From: Verrucomicrobiota bacterium
GTDB taxonomy: Bacteria > Verrucomicrobiota > Verrucomicrobiia > Limisphaerales > SXQI01
Length of the DNA: 28,821 bases
Assembly: GCA_033762115.1 (NCBI GenBank)
Contig: JANRLX010000070.1
Location: forward strand, 1-28,821
Direction: 5' to 3'
Part shown: positions 1 through 9,050 of the stretch, one piece after another
Numbering within the stretch: the first letter of the stretch is position 1
Layout: every line of letters begins with the position of its first letter
Position numbers and translations under genes: made by a program
The notes under the pieces: model-generated
Databases searched by the model: none
Seen by the model: only the letters and a program-made list of their open reading frames with translations
What the model was told of the DNA's origin: nothing

Positions 1-815
1 CAAAATTCAGCTCGAAGTTTGGAAGGATCAATGGGCAGGCCATTGAAATCAGTCTTCCCGACGAAGGGATTATCAGACGGAATTCGGTAGCCTCCGTGAA
101 TTGCAGGATGGGGCCTTGGGGCAAGGCTCGTGGGCAACTCATCCACATCAATCCTGAGAATGGCTGAAAAAAAATCCTTATCGATTCTTTGACTGTTCTG
201 ATAATCGTCGCCGGTACCTCCATCCCCTTCATCACCTGCCGCAACGTATAAGAAGCCATCGTTACCAAAGAAGAGATCATTAAAATTGTGCCCGTCGCCT
301 TCATCTTTTTGAGTGATCATCGGCGACTCGGAATTTGGATCAGCCTGGAAAGCTTGACCTGCCACGCGGCTGAATCGCGAGAGGCGATTGTGATTTCCGC
401 TTCCCTGGGAAGTTTCAAGACGGGTTGTGTAAACGACGTAGAACAGCCCGTTCTGCTGGTAATTCGGGTGGAAAGCCACACTTGCCAATCCTTCAGCATA
501 ACCAAATTGAAAGTCGGAGAACACTCTGGATTGAATATCGAGAAAGAGGGTGGGCTGGGGATTGCCGACATCGGGAATCACAAGGATGCGTCCGCTGCGT
601 TCGACGATGTAAAGGCTGTTTGGCTGGCCAGGCGCTGTCACAAGAGCCACGGGCTTGTTGAAGCGAAGCCCCGGAAATCGATCCGCGGTGCGATACTGAG
701 GAATGCCTGGGGAAGCAGGCATTTTCAAGGAAGTATTTTCCACGCGGGAGGGGACCTGGGCAATCAGCTGGACTGCAAATAGGAGGAGAAAACCAACAAA
801 AAGACGACCGCACAT
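1..815 (-). CDS. Exported glucose/sorbosone dehydrogenase (GSDH, PQQ-dependent sugar dehydrogenase) family beta-propeller, 3' end outside the window
   Basis: Not in the ORF track because it has no stop inside the window. Hand translation from ATG at 815 gives MCGRLFVGFLLLFAVQLIAQ (signal peptide-like), then PGQPNSLYIVERSGRI, EGLASVAFHPNYQQNGLFYVVYT, GHNFNDLLFGNDGFLYVAAGDEG, FSAILRIDVD, YRIPSDNPFVG. These are typical GSDH-family motifs. The frame stays open to base 1. Confidence 0.85.
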   Translation of the reverse strand, partial: MCGRLFVGFLLLFAVQLIAQVPSRVENTSLKMPASPGIPQYRTADRFPGLRFNKPVALVTAPGQPNSLYIVERSGRILVIPDVGNPQPTLFLDIQSRVFSDFQFGYAEGLASVAFHPNYQQNGLFYVVYTTRLETSQGSGNHNRLSRFSRVAGQAFQADPNSESPMITQKDEGDGHNFNDLFFGNDGFLYVAAGDEGDGGTGDDYQNSQRIDKDFFSAILRIDVDELPTSLAPRPHPAIHGGYRIPSDNPFVGKTDFNGLPIDPSKLRAEF

Positions 816-819
816 ACAA

Positions 820-3800
820 TTATTTGGAGAGCTCTTTTTTCAGCAATTCTTCAATTTCCGATTCGTTCAAAGTGGTAATGTCCAAAGAGCTGGTTCGCCT
901 TCTTGGAATGAAGGATGTGGCAGGCTCAGTCTCCCTCGCAGGGCGGGCGAGTTCACGAGCAAGACCCGCCACAGTTGGACGCTCGAAAAAGTCGGAGAGC
1001 GGAAGCTGACATTTAAATTGTTTGCGAATACGTGTGACAATCTGGGTTGCCAGCAAGGAGTGTCCGCCTACTTCAAAGAAATCGTCCTCAACGCCCAGGG
1101 ACTCTGTCTTGAGAACTTCGCGCCAGATTGCAAGCAAGCGTTCCTCAATCTCATTTCGAGGAGCGACCCGGTCTTTGGTGAAAGTGGAGGGGAGCTGATT
1201 TGCCCGAGGCAAGGCTTTACGATCCACTTTGCCATTTGGTCCCAAGGGCATTCGCTCCAGGGGAACAAAAATATTAGGGATCATATAATCAGGCAGATGT
1301 GTCTGGAGAAATGCCTTGATCTGCGGAATATCAAGTTCCTTCCTTGCGGGGACACAGTAGGCGATTAATGGGTTCTGCAGCGTGTTGTCCGTAGTGACGA
1401 CTGCTTCGCGAACCGAATTATGCTGCTCGAGCACACGACTGATTTCCTCCAGTTCGATGCGAAGACCGCGAATTTTCACCTGATGGTCAAGCCTGCCCAA
1501 ATATTGAATGGAACCATCGTGCAAGTATTTGGCCAGATCGCCGGTTTTATAGAGAGTTCCGGGGCCGAATGGATTTGGAATAAATTTTTCAGCGGTTAGT
1601 TCCGGTTTGCGATGATAGCCTTTTCCAACTCCCACGCCCCCGATGTGAAGTTCTCCAGGAATGTTGATGGGCAGCAATTGCAGGTTTGAATCGAGAATAT
1701 GCAATTGGATATTTGAGATCGGTTTTCCAATAGGAACGCAGGTGGCTGTCGCATTCGGTGAGCATCGCCAATGGCTGACATCCACAGCCGCTTCCGTGGG
1801 ACCGTAAAGATTGTGCAGTTCACAATTGAAGAGCTCAAAAAAACGCTTCTGCAGTTCGAGAGACAACGCCTCTCCGCTACAAATCACCCGTTTCAAACTC
1901 CTGCAAACAGGCGCGAGCGGTTCCTCCATGAACATGCCAAGCATAGAGGGGACAAAATGGATTGTGGTGATTTGATGCTGCTGAATCAGCTGGGCCAGAT
2001 ATTGGGGGTCCTTGTGGCCTTCCGGTTTGGCAATAACCAGTTCGCAACCTGCCAGGAGCGGCCAGAAAAACTCCCATACTGAAACGTCAAAGCCAAAGGG
2101 AGTTTTTTGGAGGATTTTATCCTGGGATGTGAGGCGATATTGATCCTGCATCCAAATCAATCGGTTACAGATGCCCGCATGTGTATTCAAGGCGCCTTTG
2201 GGGCGCCCAGTGGAACCGCTTGTGTAAATCATGTAAGCCAGGTCATCAGGAGTATTGCAGGGAGAAAGATTCTGGCCGCTGTAAGCTTCAAGCATGCTCC
2301 AACTGCTATCGAGCGGGAGTATTCGTGCGGTAGTTGTGGGCAACCGTTTCAGAAGATGTTCCTGGGTGAGAAGCACCCCAACAGCAGAATCTTCCAACAT
2401 GTAAGCCACGCGATCAGCAGGGTAGGTGGGATCAATTGGAACATAAGCCCCGCCCGCCTTAAGGATCGCAAGCAGGGAGATGCACATTTCAAGGGAACGT
2501 TCCATTACAACACCGACGAGGGTATTTGGACCAACGCCCTGCTCACGCAGCCAACGCGCCAGCTTGTTGCTTCGGAGGTTTACCTGCAAACAAGTGAGCT
2601 GATGCTCTCCAAAGGTGAAAGCAATCCCGGCAGGAGATTGAGAAATGCGTTCTTCAATCAGGCGATGAAGTGTTGCGGAGGTGTCAAATGGCTTGGCTGT
2701 GTTATTCCATTCCAGCAATTGGCGCTGCTCCGCTTGAGTGAGGAGGGGCAGCAGCGAAATTTTTGTTCCCGGAGAAGCTATTGCATGGCGCAGGAGGGTT
2801 TCAAAATGACCCAGCAACCGTTGGGCGGTTTCCGAGTGGTAGAGGTCGGTATTGTACTCAAGCCGTGCCTCCAGTGAATTGCCTGAGGAGATCAGAAACA
2901 GAGTCAGGTCAAACTTGGATGCTGTGAGATGAACTTCGCCGGTCTTTATTTCAATGTCAGCGGCTTGAATCCGGGTATCAGGCGCGTCATAAGTTGCGAA
3001 CATTACCTGGAACAACGGGTTATGAGTCATTTCCCGCTGAGGATTCAAGATTTCAACCAGCTTCTCGAAAGGCATTTCCTGATGTGCATAGGCGGCGAGC
3101 GTGGTTTCGCGGACCCTGAGCAGAAGCTCACTAAAAGTTGGGTTATTGGTAAGGTCGGTGCGAATTACCAACGTGTTGGCAAAAAGACCGATCAATTTTT
3201 CTGTTTCACTTCGGCTCCGATTGGCGACCGGGCAGCCGACTGAAATTTGCTCTTTGCCCGTGCAGCGAAGAAGAAGAACGTAAAAAGCGGCAAGCCCAAC
3301 CATGTAAGTGGTGACATTGTGAGCCTTGCAAAAGGCATGAACTGCTGTGCTTAATTCGAGAGGCAATGGGTGCCGCACCAGTGCCCCATTAAATGTCTGC
3401 CTGCGGCCGCGTGGATTATCAGAGGGAAATTCAAGCGGTTCATCGTTTCCAGCCAATTGCGAGCGCCAATAGAAAGTCAGCTGCTTTAGATAATTTTCAG
3501 TGGACGTCTCCTGCTGCCAAACTGAGAAATCTCCATACTGGATAGGCAACTCAGAAAGCGAGCTTGCCTGTGACAAGCGGATAGAACGGTAAAGCTCCGC
3601 AAGATCGGTAGAAATAATTCCCGCAGACCAACCATCGCAAACGGCGTGGTGCAGAGTGACCAGAAGGAGGAACTTTTCTCTGGCGACCTGCAGGAGCCGT
3701 GTCCGAATCAGTGGTCCTTGATTTAAGTTGAACGGGGTGCCTGCTTCAAGGGAACGCCATTTCAGGATTTCAGATTGTTTATGATCAGCGGGTAGAAAAG

Positions 3801-4113
3801 AGAGATCATGAAAAGGGGTTTCAATGCAAAGTTGTTCTGTCACGATTTGCGAGGGAAGTCCGTTAACCAGGTCCAGTCGGGTGCGTAGTGCCTCATGCCT
3901 TGAAATCAGCGCATTGATCGCGGCGGAGAGGACTTGAGGTAGCACAGGCCCGAACAGTTCAAAGGACATGGGAACATTGTAGGCGGGAGTTCCGGGATAA
4001 AGTTCGTTAAGAAACCAGAATCGTTGCTGGCCTAAAGACAATGGAAAAACGAGATCGTTTTTGATTTCGCCTTGCGCGAGCGCAGGTCCCCTGAAATTGG
4101 ATACAGTTGACAT
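820..4113 (-). CDS. Single-module NRPS, C-A-T, A domain predicted to activate serine
   Basis: C domain: PLSLGQQRFWFL, RHEALRT, intact HHAVCDG (3631-3651). A domain: YTSGSTGRPKG, FDVSVWE, NLYGPTE, YKTGDL, QVKIRG, NGKVDR. T domain: FFEVGGHSLL. Specificity code read by eye is DVWHISLVDK, close to the Ser code DVWHFSLVDK. No TE or R domain. Confidence 0.93.
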   Translation of the reverse strand: MSTVSNFRGPALAQGEIKNDLVFPLSLGQQRFWFLNELYPGTPAYNVPMSFELFGPVLPQVLSAAINALISRHEALRTRLDLVNGLPSQIVTEQLCIETPFHDLSFLPADHKQSEILKWRSLEAGTPFNLNQGPLIRTRLLQVAREKFLLLVTLHHAVCDGWSAGIISTDLAELYRSIRLSQASSLSELPIQYGDFSVWQQETSTENYLKQLTFYWRSQLAGNDEPLEFPSDNPRGRRQTFNGALVRHPLPLELSTAVHAFCKAHNVTTYMVGLAAFYVLLLRCTGKEQISVGCPVANRSRSETEKLIGLFANTLVIRTDLTNNPTFSELLLRVRETTLAAYAHQEMPFEKLVEILNPQREMTHNPLFQVMFATYDAPDTRIQAADIEIKTGEVHLTASKFDLTLFLISSGNSLEARLEYNTDLYHSETAQRLLGHFETLLRHAIASPGTKISLLPLLTQAEQRQLLEWNNTAKPFDTSATLHRLIEERISQSPAGIAFTFGEHQLTCLQVNLRSNKLARWLREQGVGPNTLVGVVMERSLEMCISLLAILKAGGAYVPIDPTYPADRVAYMLEDSAVGVLLTQEHLLKRLPTTTARILPLDSSWSMLEAYSGQNLSPCNTPDDLAYMIYTSGSTGRPKGALNTHAGICNRLIWMQDQYRLTSQDKILQKTPFGFDVSVWEFFWPLLAGCELVIAKPEGHKDPQYLAQLIQQHQITTIHFVPSMLGMFMEEPLAPVCRSLKRVICSGEALSLELQKRFFELFNCELHNLYGPTEAAVDVSHWRCSPNATATCVPIGKPISNIQLHILDSNLQLLPINIPGELHIGGVGVGKGYHRKPELTAEKFIPNPFGPGTLYKTGDLAKYLHDGSIQYLGRLDHQVKIRGLRIELEEISRVLEQHNSVREAVVTTDNTLQNPLIAYCVPARKELDIPQIKAFLQTHLPDYMIPNIFVPLERMPLGPNGKVDRKALPRANQLPSTFTKDRVAPRNEIEERLLAIWREVLKTESLGVEDDFFEVGGHSLLATQIVTRIRKQFKCQLPLSDFFERPTVAGLARELARPARETEPATSFIPRRRTSSLDITTLNESEIEELLKKELSK

Positions 4114-4358
4114 GTATTGGTTTTTTCAGGCGCAGATTTCTGCCTCCTGTGTGGCAATCAGTGTTGCGAGGGGGCACAAATTTTCACATCAGGGCCATGG
4201 TAGGATTTTGCCTCCAATGTCACTGGAGCGAAGGTTAAGGGGAGTTACCAGTCTGTAACCGGGGTGCTCCTGATTGTTTTCGCAAAGGTGGGATTCGTAA
4301 GATCGCACAGTAGAAATGTGACTGCCGCATTGGCAGAACTAAAACCATACCGTGTGAT

Positions 4359-7300
4359 ATGTCTAATGTGCCTTTACGTTCTCTAAACATGAGACTTAGC
4401 AACCGATTTTCAGCTGAAGAATGGTCTGGAAGGCTTCCTGCTTACAGCTCTGGCGGGCCGTTGCGAATTCCGAGTGCAGCGCCAATTACTTTAACTGAAG
4501 CACTCCTGCGAACCGCGAGCTGCAGTCATCGTGGAGTTACCTACCTGAATGCTCAAGGTGAGTCAGAATTTCAGTCTTACGCGAAGTTATTGAAAGAGGC
4601 AAAGCAGATATTGCAAGGCTTGAGGAACCAAGGATTAAAGCCGCGTGATCGCGTGATCCTGCAAATTGATAATCTTCGGAAACATTTCACCACCTTCTGG
4701 GCATGTGTGCTGGGTGGCATCACACCAGTGACGGTCGCGGTAGCTCCTTCCTACAAAGAGGCAAATGGCGTAGTGAATAAGTTATTCAATACATGGAAGC
4801 TGCTCAAAAAACCGCTCGTGATATCCAGCGAGTCTCTTGTGGCCCAGATCGAGGGAATTAAAGATTTTCTTCCCGCTGAGGAGTTAAGCGTCATTCCGAT
4901 TGAAGTACTTGAAGGCGGAATACCGGCGGAGGATATTTACTCCAGCCATCCTTCAGATCTGGTGTTTTTTCAACTGACTTCAGGTTCTACTGGAACGCCA
5001 AAGTGCATCCAGGAAACGCATCACGGGATCATCAACCATATTCATGGAGCGCAACAATTTAACAGCTATACAGCAGATGATATCACCCTGAACTGGCTTC
5101 CGGTTGACCATGTGGTGCCTATTCTGACCTCCCACTTGAAGGATGTTTATCTGGGATGCAGCCAGGTGCATGCGAAAACAGAATTCGTTTTGAATGAGCC
5201 GCTGCGATGGCTCGACCTGATTGAGCAATTTCGTGTCACGCACACCTGGTCTCCCAACTTCGGATTTAAACTGGTTACTGATCGCTTGAAAGCCGAGCCA
5301 GGCAAAAAGTGGAATTTGTCATCGTTGAAATACATGATGAACGCGGGGGAGCAGGTGACCTTGCAGGTGGTTTCCGATTTTTTGGCGGCAACAGAACCTT
5401 TTGGGGTGCGGCAGCAAGTGATGCAACCAGCATTTGGGATGGCAGAAGTTTGCACCTGCATGACGTATCAGAATCAATTCAACACCCGGACAGGGTTTCA
5501 TCGTTTTCTCAAAAGCTCCTTGACTGGTTTGCTCAAGCCCGGTGCTTCGGAAGATGGGACGGTGACATTCATTGACCTGGGTCCTCCGGTGCCTGGGGTA
5601 GAAATTCGTATCACGGATTCAAATAATGAAGTTGTTCCAGAGGGGGTCGTTGGACGTTTTCAGATCCGGGGCAATGTAGTCACGCCCGGATATTTGTACA
5701 ATGATGCGGCAAACCAGGAGGCTTTTGTCGGCGATGGGTGGTTTAATTCAGGAGATCTTGGTTTTATCCTGAATGGAAGACTGACCCTGACTGGTCGTGA
5801 GAAGGAGATGATCATTGTTCGTGGAGCAAATTTTTACTGCTATGAAATTGAAGATGTGGTGAATGGGATGGAAGGGGTGGAACCAACATTTGTGGGTTCC
5901 TGTGCCGTCTCAGATGCAGCTTCCGGGAGTGAGGGGTTGGCCATTTTCTTTGTTCCCAAATCGACAGTTCGAGAAGGAGCGGCAATCAACGAAAAGGTGA
6001 TTACCTTGATCAACGAAATCAAACGGAGGGTCGGAGCCAGCCTTGGAATCAACCCGGCGTTTGTCATTCCACTGGAAAAGAAGAATTTTCCCAAAACGAC
6101 AAGCGGTAAAATCCAGCGTGGTCAAATGAAGAAAGGGTTTGAGGCAGGCGACTATTCAGACTTGATCGAAGCATTGAAGCAGGCAAGCACAGCCCCGCGA
6201 GGCGAAGTTTCGAATGAGATTGAAAGCAAGCTAATGCAGATCTGGCAGGAAGTATTACGAACGAAAGAAATTGGGACGCAGGACAATTTTTTTGTGTTGG
6301 GAGGAAATTCACTGCTGGCGACCCAGATCGTTTCCCGTGTTCGCGATGCCTTTAATGTACGATTGGAGCTGGGGGCCTTGTTTGAAAAGGATGGTTCAAT
6401 TGAAGGTTTGGCTAAAATCATTGCTTCAAGCTCATCAGAAAGTCAGGCGAGCAGGATTCCTATTGTTATTCGTAACGGACCTCTCCCGCTGACGGATGGA
6501 CAACGACGATTGTGGTTGTTGGAGCAGATGAACCCCGGTTCTGCGGCTTATCATGTCGCGACCCCAATTCGATTGAAGGGAGCAATAAAAAGGGAAGCTG
6601 TGGATCGGGCCATCAATAGCATTGTCGATCGTCATGAGATGTTGAGGACTGTCTTTCAGGCGAGGGAGGGAATGGTCATGCAACAAGTCAGACCTGCAAT
6701 GCCAATTTCCCTGAATTATCATGATCTTTCAAGGTTATCAGATTCGGACCGGGAGGCAGCAGCGCTCGAACTGACATCGAATGAAAGTTTCCGTCCGTTT
6801 GATCTGGCGCGAGGACCATTAATCCGTGGCGCCTTGATCCGTTTTTCAGAAAAAGATCACATCCTCTTTATCACAATGCATCAGATCGTCACCGACGGCT
6901 GGTCCCTGGGGATTTTTTATCGGGAGTTTTCAGAGTTCTATCAAGCTGCGGTAATGCAGGAAGTGCCTGATCTTCCGCAACTCAGGATCCAGTATGGCGA
7001 TTATGCCTCCTGGCAAAAACAGAGGCTGACACCTGCGATGATCTCCTCTCATCTGGAGCATTGGGAAAGGGAACTGGATGGAGTCAGTGGAAGATTGGAT
7101 CTCCCATTGGATTTACCACGTCCAGATGCACCTACGTTTTCAGGTAATACCCAGATGCAGCTTCTAACGCGGGAACTCACAAAGCAACTGAAGGACTTTT
7201 CCTCCGGACAGGGAAATACCTTGTTCATGACACTGTTAGGAGTGTATCAACTGCTGCTTCGGAAGTTGTCCGGTCAGCAGGATATCGTTGTAGGGAGCGC

Positions 7301-7886
7301 CCTGGCAGGCCGCACTGAGACAGATATTGAGAGCCTGATAGGATTTTTTGTGAACACCGTTGGATTGCGCTGCAATTTCAACCAGGTGAAAACGTTCAAT
7401 GATGTGGTTAATCGAGCACATCAGGCTCTGATGGGGGCTTATGCACATCAGGAAGCCCCGTTTGAGGAGGTAATCAGGGAAGTGCTTCCACAGTGGGACC
7501 GAAGCAGAACACCCTTGTTCCAGGCATGGTTTTCATTTTGGGATCCAATGCCAAAATTACGGGCGGGAGAGCTCTTGATCGAGCCCTTGAAAATTTTAAC
7601 CCCGGCAGCGCAATTCGAGATCAGTCTGTTTGTCATTGATGAAGGGGAACAAATTCGAATCTTTTGGGAGTATAACACTGATTTATTCAAGGCATCCACG
7701 ATCAGCAACTGGATGGAGCAGTTTGCCGAACTGCTTGGCAAAGCGATTCAATCGTCTAATCAGCCGCTCATTTCAATTTTGAATGAGATTCATTTTTCGA
7801 GAGCAGGCAGTGATCAAATTGAAAGTGCTCCAAACGGAACATTAAAACAGGCACGACGGCGCGCAGCCAAATCACTACAACCTTGA
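4359..7886 (+). CDS. NRPS-like loading protein: McyG/TubE/PksJ-type adenylation domain, carrier domain, terminal C-like domain
   Basis: A domain: LTSGSTGTPK, LNWLPVDHV, WSPNF, NAGEQV, PAFGMAE, SGDLGF, PKTTSGKIQR. Carrier: FFVLGGNSLL. C domain: PLTDGQRRLWLL, RHEMLRT, HQIVTDG, IGFFVNT. The start may be the ATG at 4389 instead. Confidence 0.88.
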   Translation: MSNVPLRSLNMRLSNRFSAEEWSGRLPAYSSGGPLRIPSAAPITLTEALLRTASCSHRGVTYLNAQGESEFQSYAKLLKEAKQILQGLRNQGLKPRDRVILQIDNLRKHFTTFWACVLGGITPVTVAVAPSYKEANGVVNKLFNTWKLLKKPLVISSESLVAQIEGIKDFLPAEELSVIPIEVLEGGIPAEDIYSSHPSDLVFFQLTSGSTGTPKCIQETHHGIINHIHGAQQFNSYTADDITLNWLPVDHVVPILTSHLKDVYLGCSQVHAKTEFVLNEPLRWLDLIEQFRVTHTWSPNFGFKLVTDRLKAEPGKKWNLSSLKYMMNAGEQVTLQVVSDFLAATEPFGVRQQVMQPAFGMAEVCTCMTYQNQFNTRTGFHRFLKSSLTGLLKPGASEDGTVTFIDLGPPVPGVEIRITDSNNEVVPEGVVGRFQIRGNVVTPGYLYNDAANQEAFVGDGWFNSGDLGFILNGRLTLTGREKEMIIVRGANFYCYEIEDVVNGMEGVEPTFVGSCAVSDAASGSEGLAIFFVPKSTVREGAAINEKVITLINEIKRRVGASLGINPAFVIPLEKKNFPKTTSGKIQRGQMKKGFEAGDYSDLIEALKQASTAPRGEVSNEIESKLMQIWQEVLRTKEIGTQDNFFVLGGNSLLATQIVSRVRDAFNVRLELGALFEKDGSIEGLAKIIASSSSESQASRIPIVIRNGPLPLTDGQRRLWLLEQMNPGSAAYHVATPIRLKGAIKREAVDRAINSIVDRHEMLRTVFQAREGMVMQQVRPAMPISLNYHDLSRLSDSDREAAALELTSNESFRPFDLARGPLIRGALIRFSEKDHILFITMHQIVTDGWSLGIFYREFSEFYQAAVMQEVPDLPQLRIQYGDYASWQKQRLTPAMISSHLEHWERELDGVSGRLDLPLDLPRPDAPTFSGNTQMQLLTRELTKQLKDFSSGQGNTLFMTLLGVYQLLLRKLSGQQDIVVGSALAGRTETDIESLIGFFVNTVGLRCNFNQVKTFNDVVNRAHQALMGAYAHQEAPFEEVIREVLPQWDRSRTPLFQAWFSFWDPMPKLRAGELLIEPLKILTPAAQFEISLFVIDEGEQIRIFWEYNTDLFKASTISNWMEQFAELLGKAIQSSNQPLISILNEIHFSRAGSDQIESAPNGTLKQARRRAAKSLQP

Positions 7887-7904
7887 TTGGTCAACATTGA
7901 AGGG

Positions 7905-9041
7905 TTAAGCGGCTGCCTTTCGCGCAGCCAATACCTTTTCCGTTGGAACGTAAGTGGCTGCAAATTGCTTCCGATATTCCGCGAACGTTCCTTCGGCAAG
8001 ATGTTTTCGCATGTCCGCCATGACACGCAAGTACATGTGACTATTATGAACGCTGACCATGCGCAGGCCAAGGATTTCGTCCACGTTGAGAAGGTGCCGC
8101 AGATAAGCGCGTGAAAAATTCTGGCATGCGTAACATGAGCAGCCTTCCTCGATTGGACGGAAATCGGCTTTATTAAAGCCTGCCTTAACGCTCACGCTGC
8201 CCTTGTAGGTAAATGCGGTGCCATTGCGGGCGACGCGAGTTGGCAAGACGCAATCGAACATATCCACTCCCCGCGCGACCAATTCAACCATTTGCGCTGG
8301 AGTGCCAAGGCCCATGGCATAGCGAGCCTTGGTTTCGGGCAGGAAAGGCTCAGTAAATTCAACAGCCTTCATCATTTCCGGTTCCGGTTCTCCGACACTG
8401 ACGCCGCCGATGGCATAGCCATCAAAATTCATGGCGACCAACTCCCGCGCACAAAATTCACGAAGCTGCGGATTGCTGCCCCCTTGAACAATCCCGAAGT
8501 ATTGCTGTCCTGCGGCTCGCGGCTGTTCGAGACATTCAGCGGCCCATCGAATGGTGCGGTTGACAGCTGTCCGAGCTTCCTGAGCGGAACAATCATGCGG
8601 AGGGCACTCGTCGAAGACCATGGCGATGTCGGAACCCAGGGTTCTCTGGATTTCCATTGATTCTTTTGGTCCGAGGAACAAAAGAGAACCGTCAAGATGA
8701 GAGCGGAATTCGACGCCATGCTCTTTAACCTTTCGAATTTTGGCCAGGCTGAAAACCTGAAATCCACCACTGTCAGTCAGAATCGGCTTTTGCCAATTCA
8801 TAAACTGATGGAGGCCTCCCGCTTTTTGCATGATTTCCATGCCGGGGCGAATGCTTAAATGGTAGGTATTGCCGAGAATAATCTGAGTGCCCATTTCGAG
8901 AAGTTCACGTGGATCAAGGGCCTTTACACTGGCTTGGGTACCCACAGGCATAAAAACCGGCGTGTCGATGATTCCGTGGGAAGTGGTGACCCTGCCCAGA
9001 CGAGCTCTGCAGGAGGTGTCTTTCTTGATTAACTCGAACAT
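7905..9041 (-). CDS. tgt: tRNA-guanine(34) transglycosylase (queuine tRNA-ribosyltransferase)
   Basis: TPVFMPVGT, NTYHL, TDSGGFQVFSL, FGIVQGG, GVDMFDCVLPTR, and the zinc site CSCYAC...HN. 378 aa. Confidence 0.97.
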   Translation of the reverse strand: MFELIKKDTSCRARLGRVTTSHGIIDTPVFMPVGTQASVKALDPRELLEMGTQIILGNTYHLSIRPGMEIMQKAGGLHQFMNWQKPILTDSGGFQVFSLAKIRKVKEHGVEFRSHLDGSLLFLGPKESMEIQRTLGSDIAMVFDECPPHDCSAQEARTAVNRTIRWAAECLEQPRAAGQQYFGIVQGGSNPQLREFCARELVAMNFDGYAIGGVSVGEPEPEMMKAVEFTEPFLPETKARYAMGLGTPAQMVELVARGVDMFDCVLPTRVARNGTAFTYKGSVSVKAGFNKADFRPIEEGCSCYACQNFSRAYLRHLLNVDEILGLRMVSVHNSHMYLRVMADMRKHLAEGTFAEYRKQFAATYVPTEKVLAARKAAA

Positions 9042-9050
9042 GAAGTGAAC

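Noticed and set aside
288..782. 164 aa plus-strand ORF
   Set aside because: In-register antisense shadow of the GSDH-family gene; no motifs of its own.
703..2877. Plus-strand ORFs of 221, 103 and 256 aa
   Set aside because: Antisense shadows of the NRPS reading frame with no recognisable features.
4152..4167. Sigma54-like TGGCA...TTGC
   Set aside because: GG to GC spacing is 11 nt; sigma54 needs 10.
4230..4358. Possible riboswitch ahead of the plus-strand NRPS (CGCAAAG, short stems)
   Set aside because: I could not fit a c-di-GMP, cobalamin or other consensus by eye. An Rfam/Infernal scan would settle it.
9042..9050. preQ1 riboswitch, or a tgt-paralogue (dpdA-like) DNA modification system
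   Set aside because: Only 9 bp lie upstream of tgt, the protein looks like a canonical bacterial Tgt, and no dpd or que genes are nearby.
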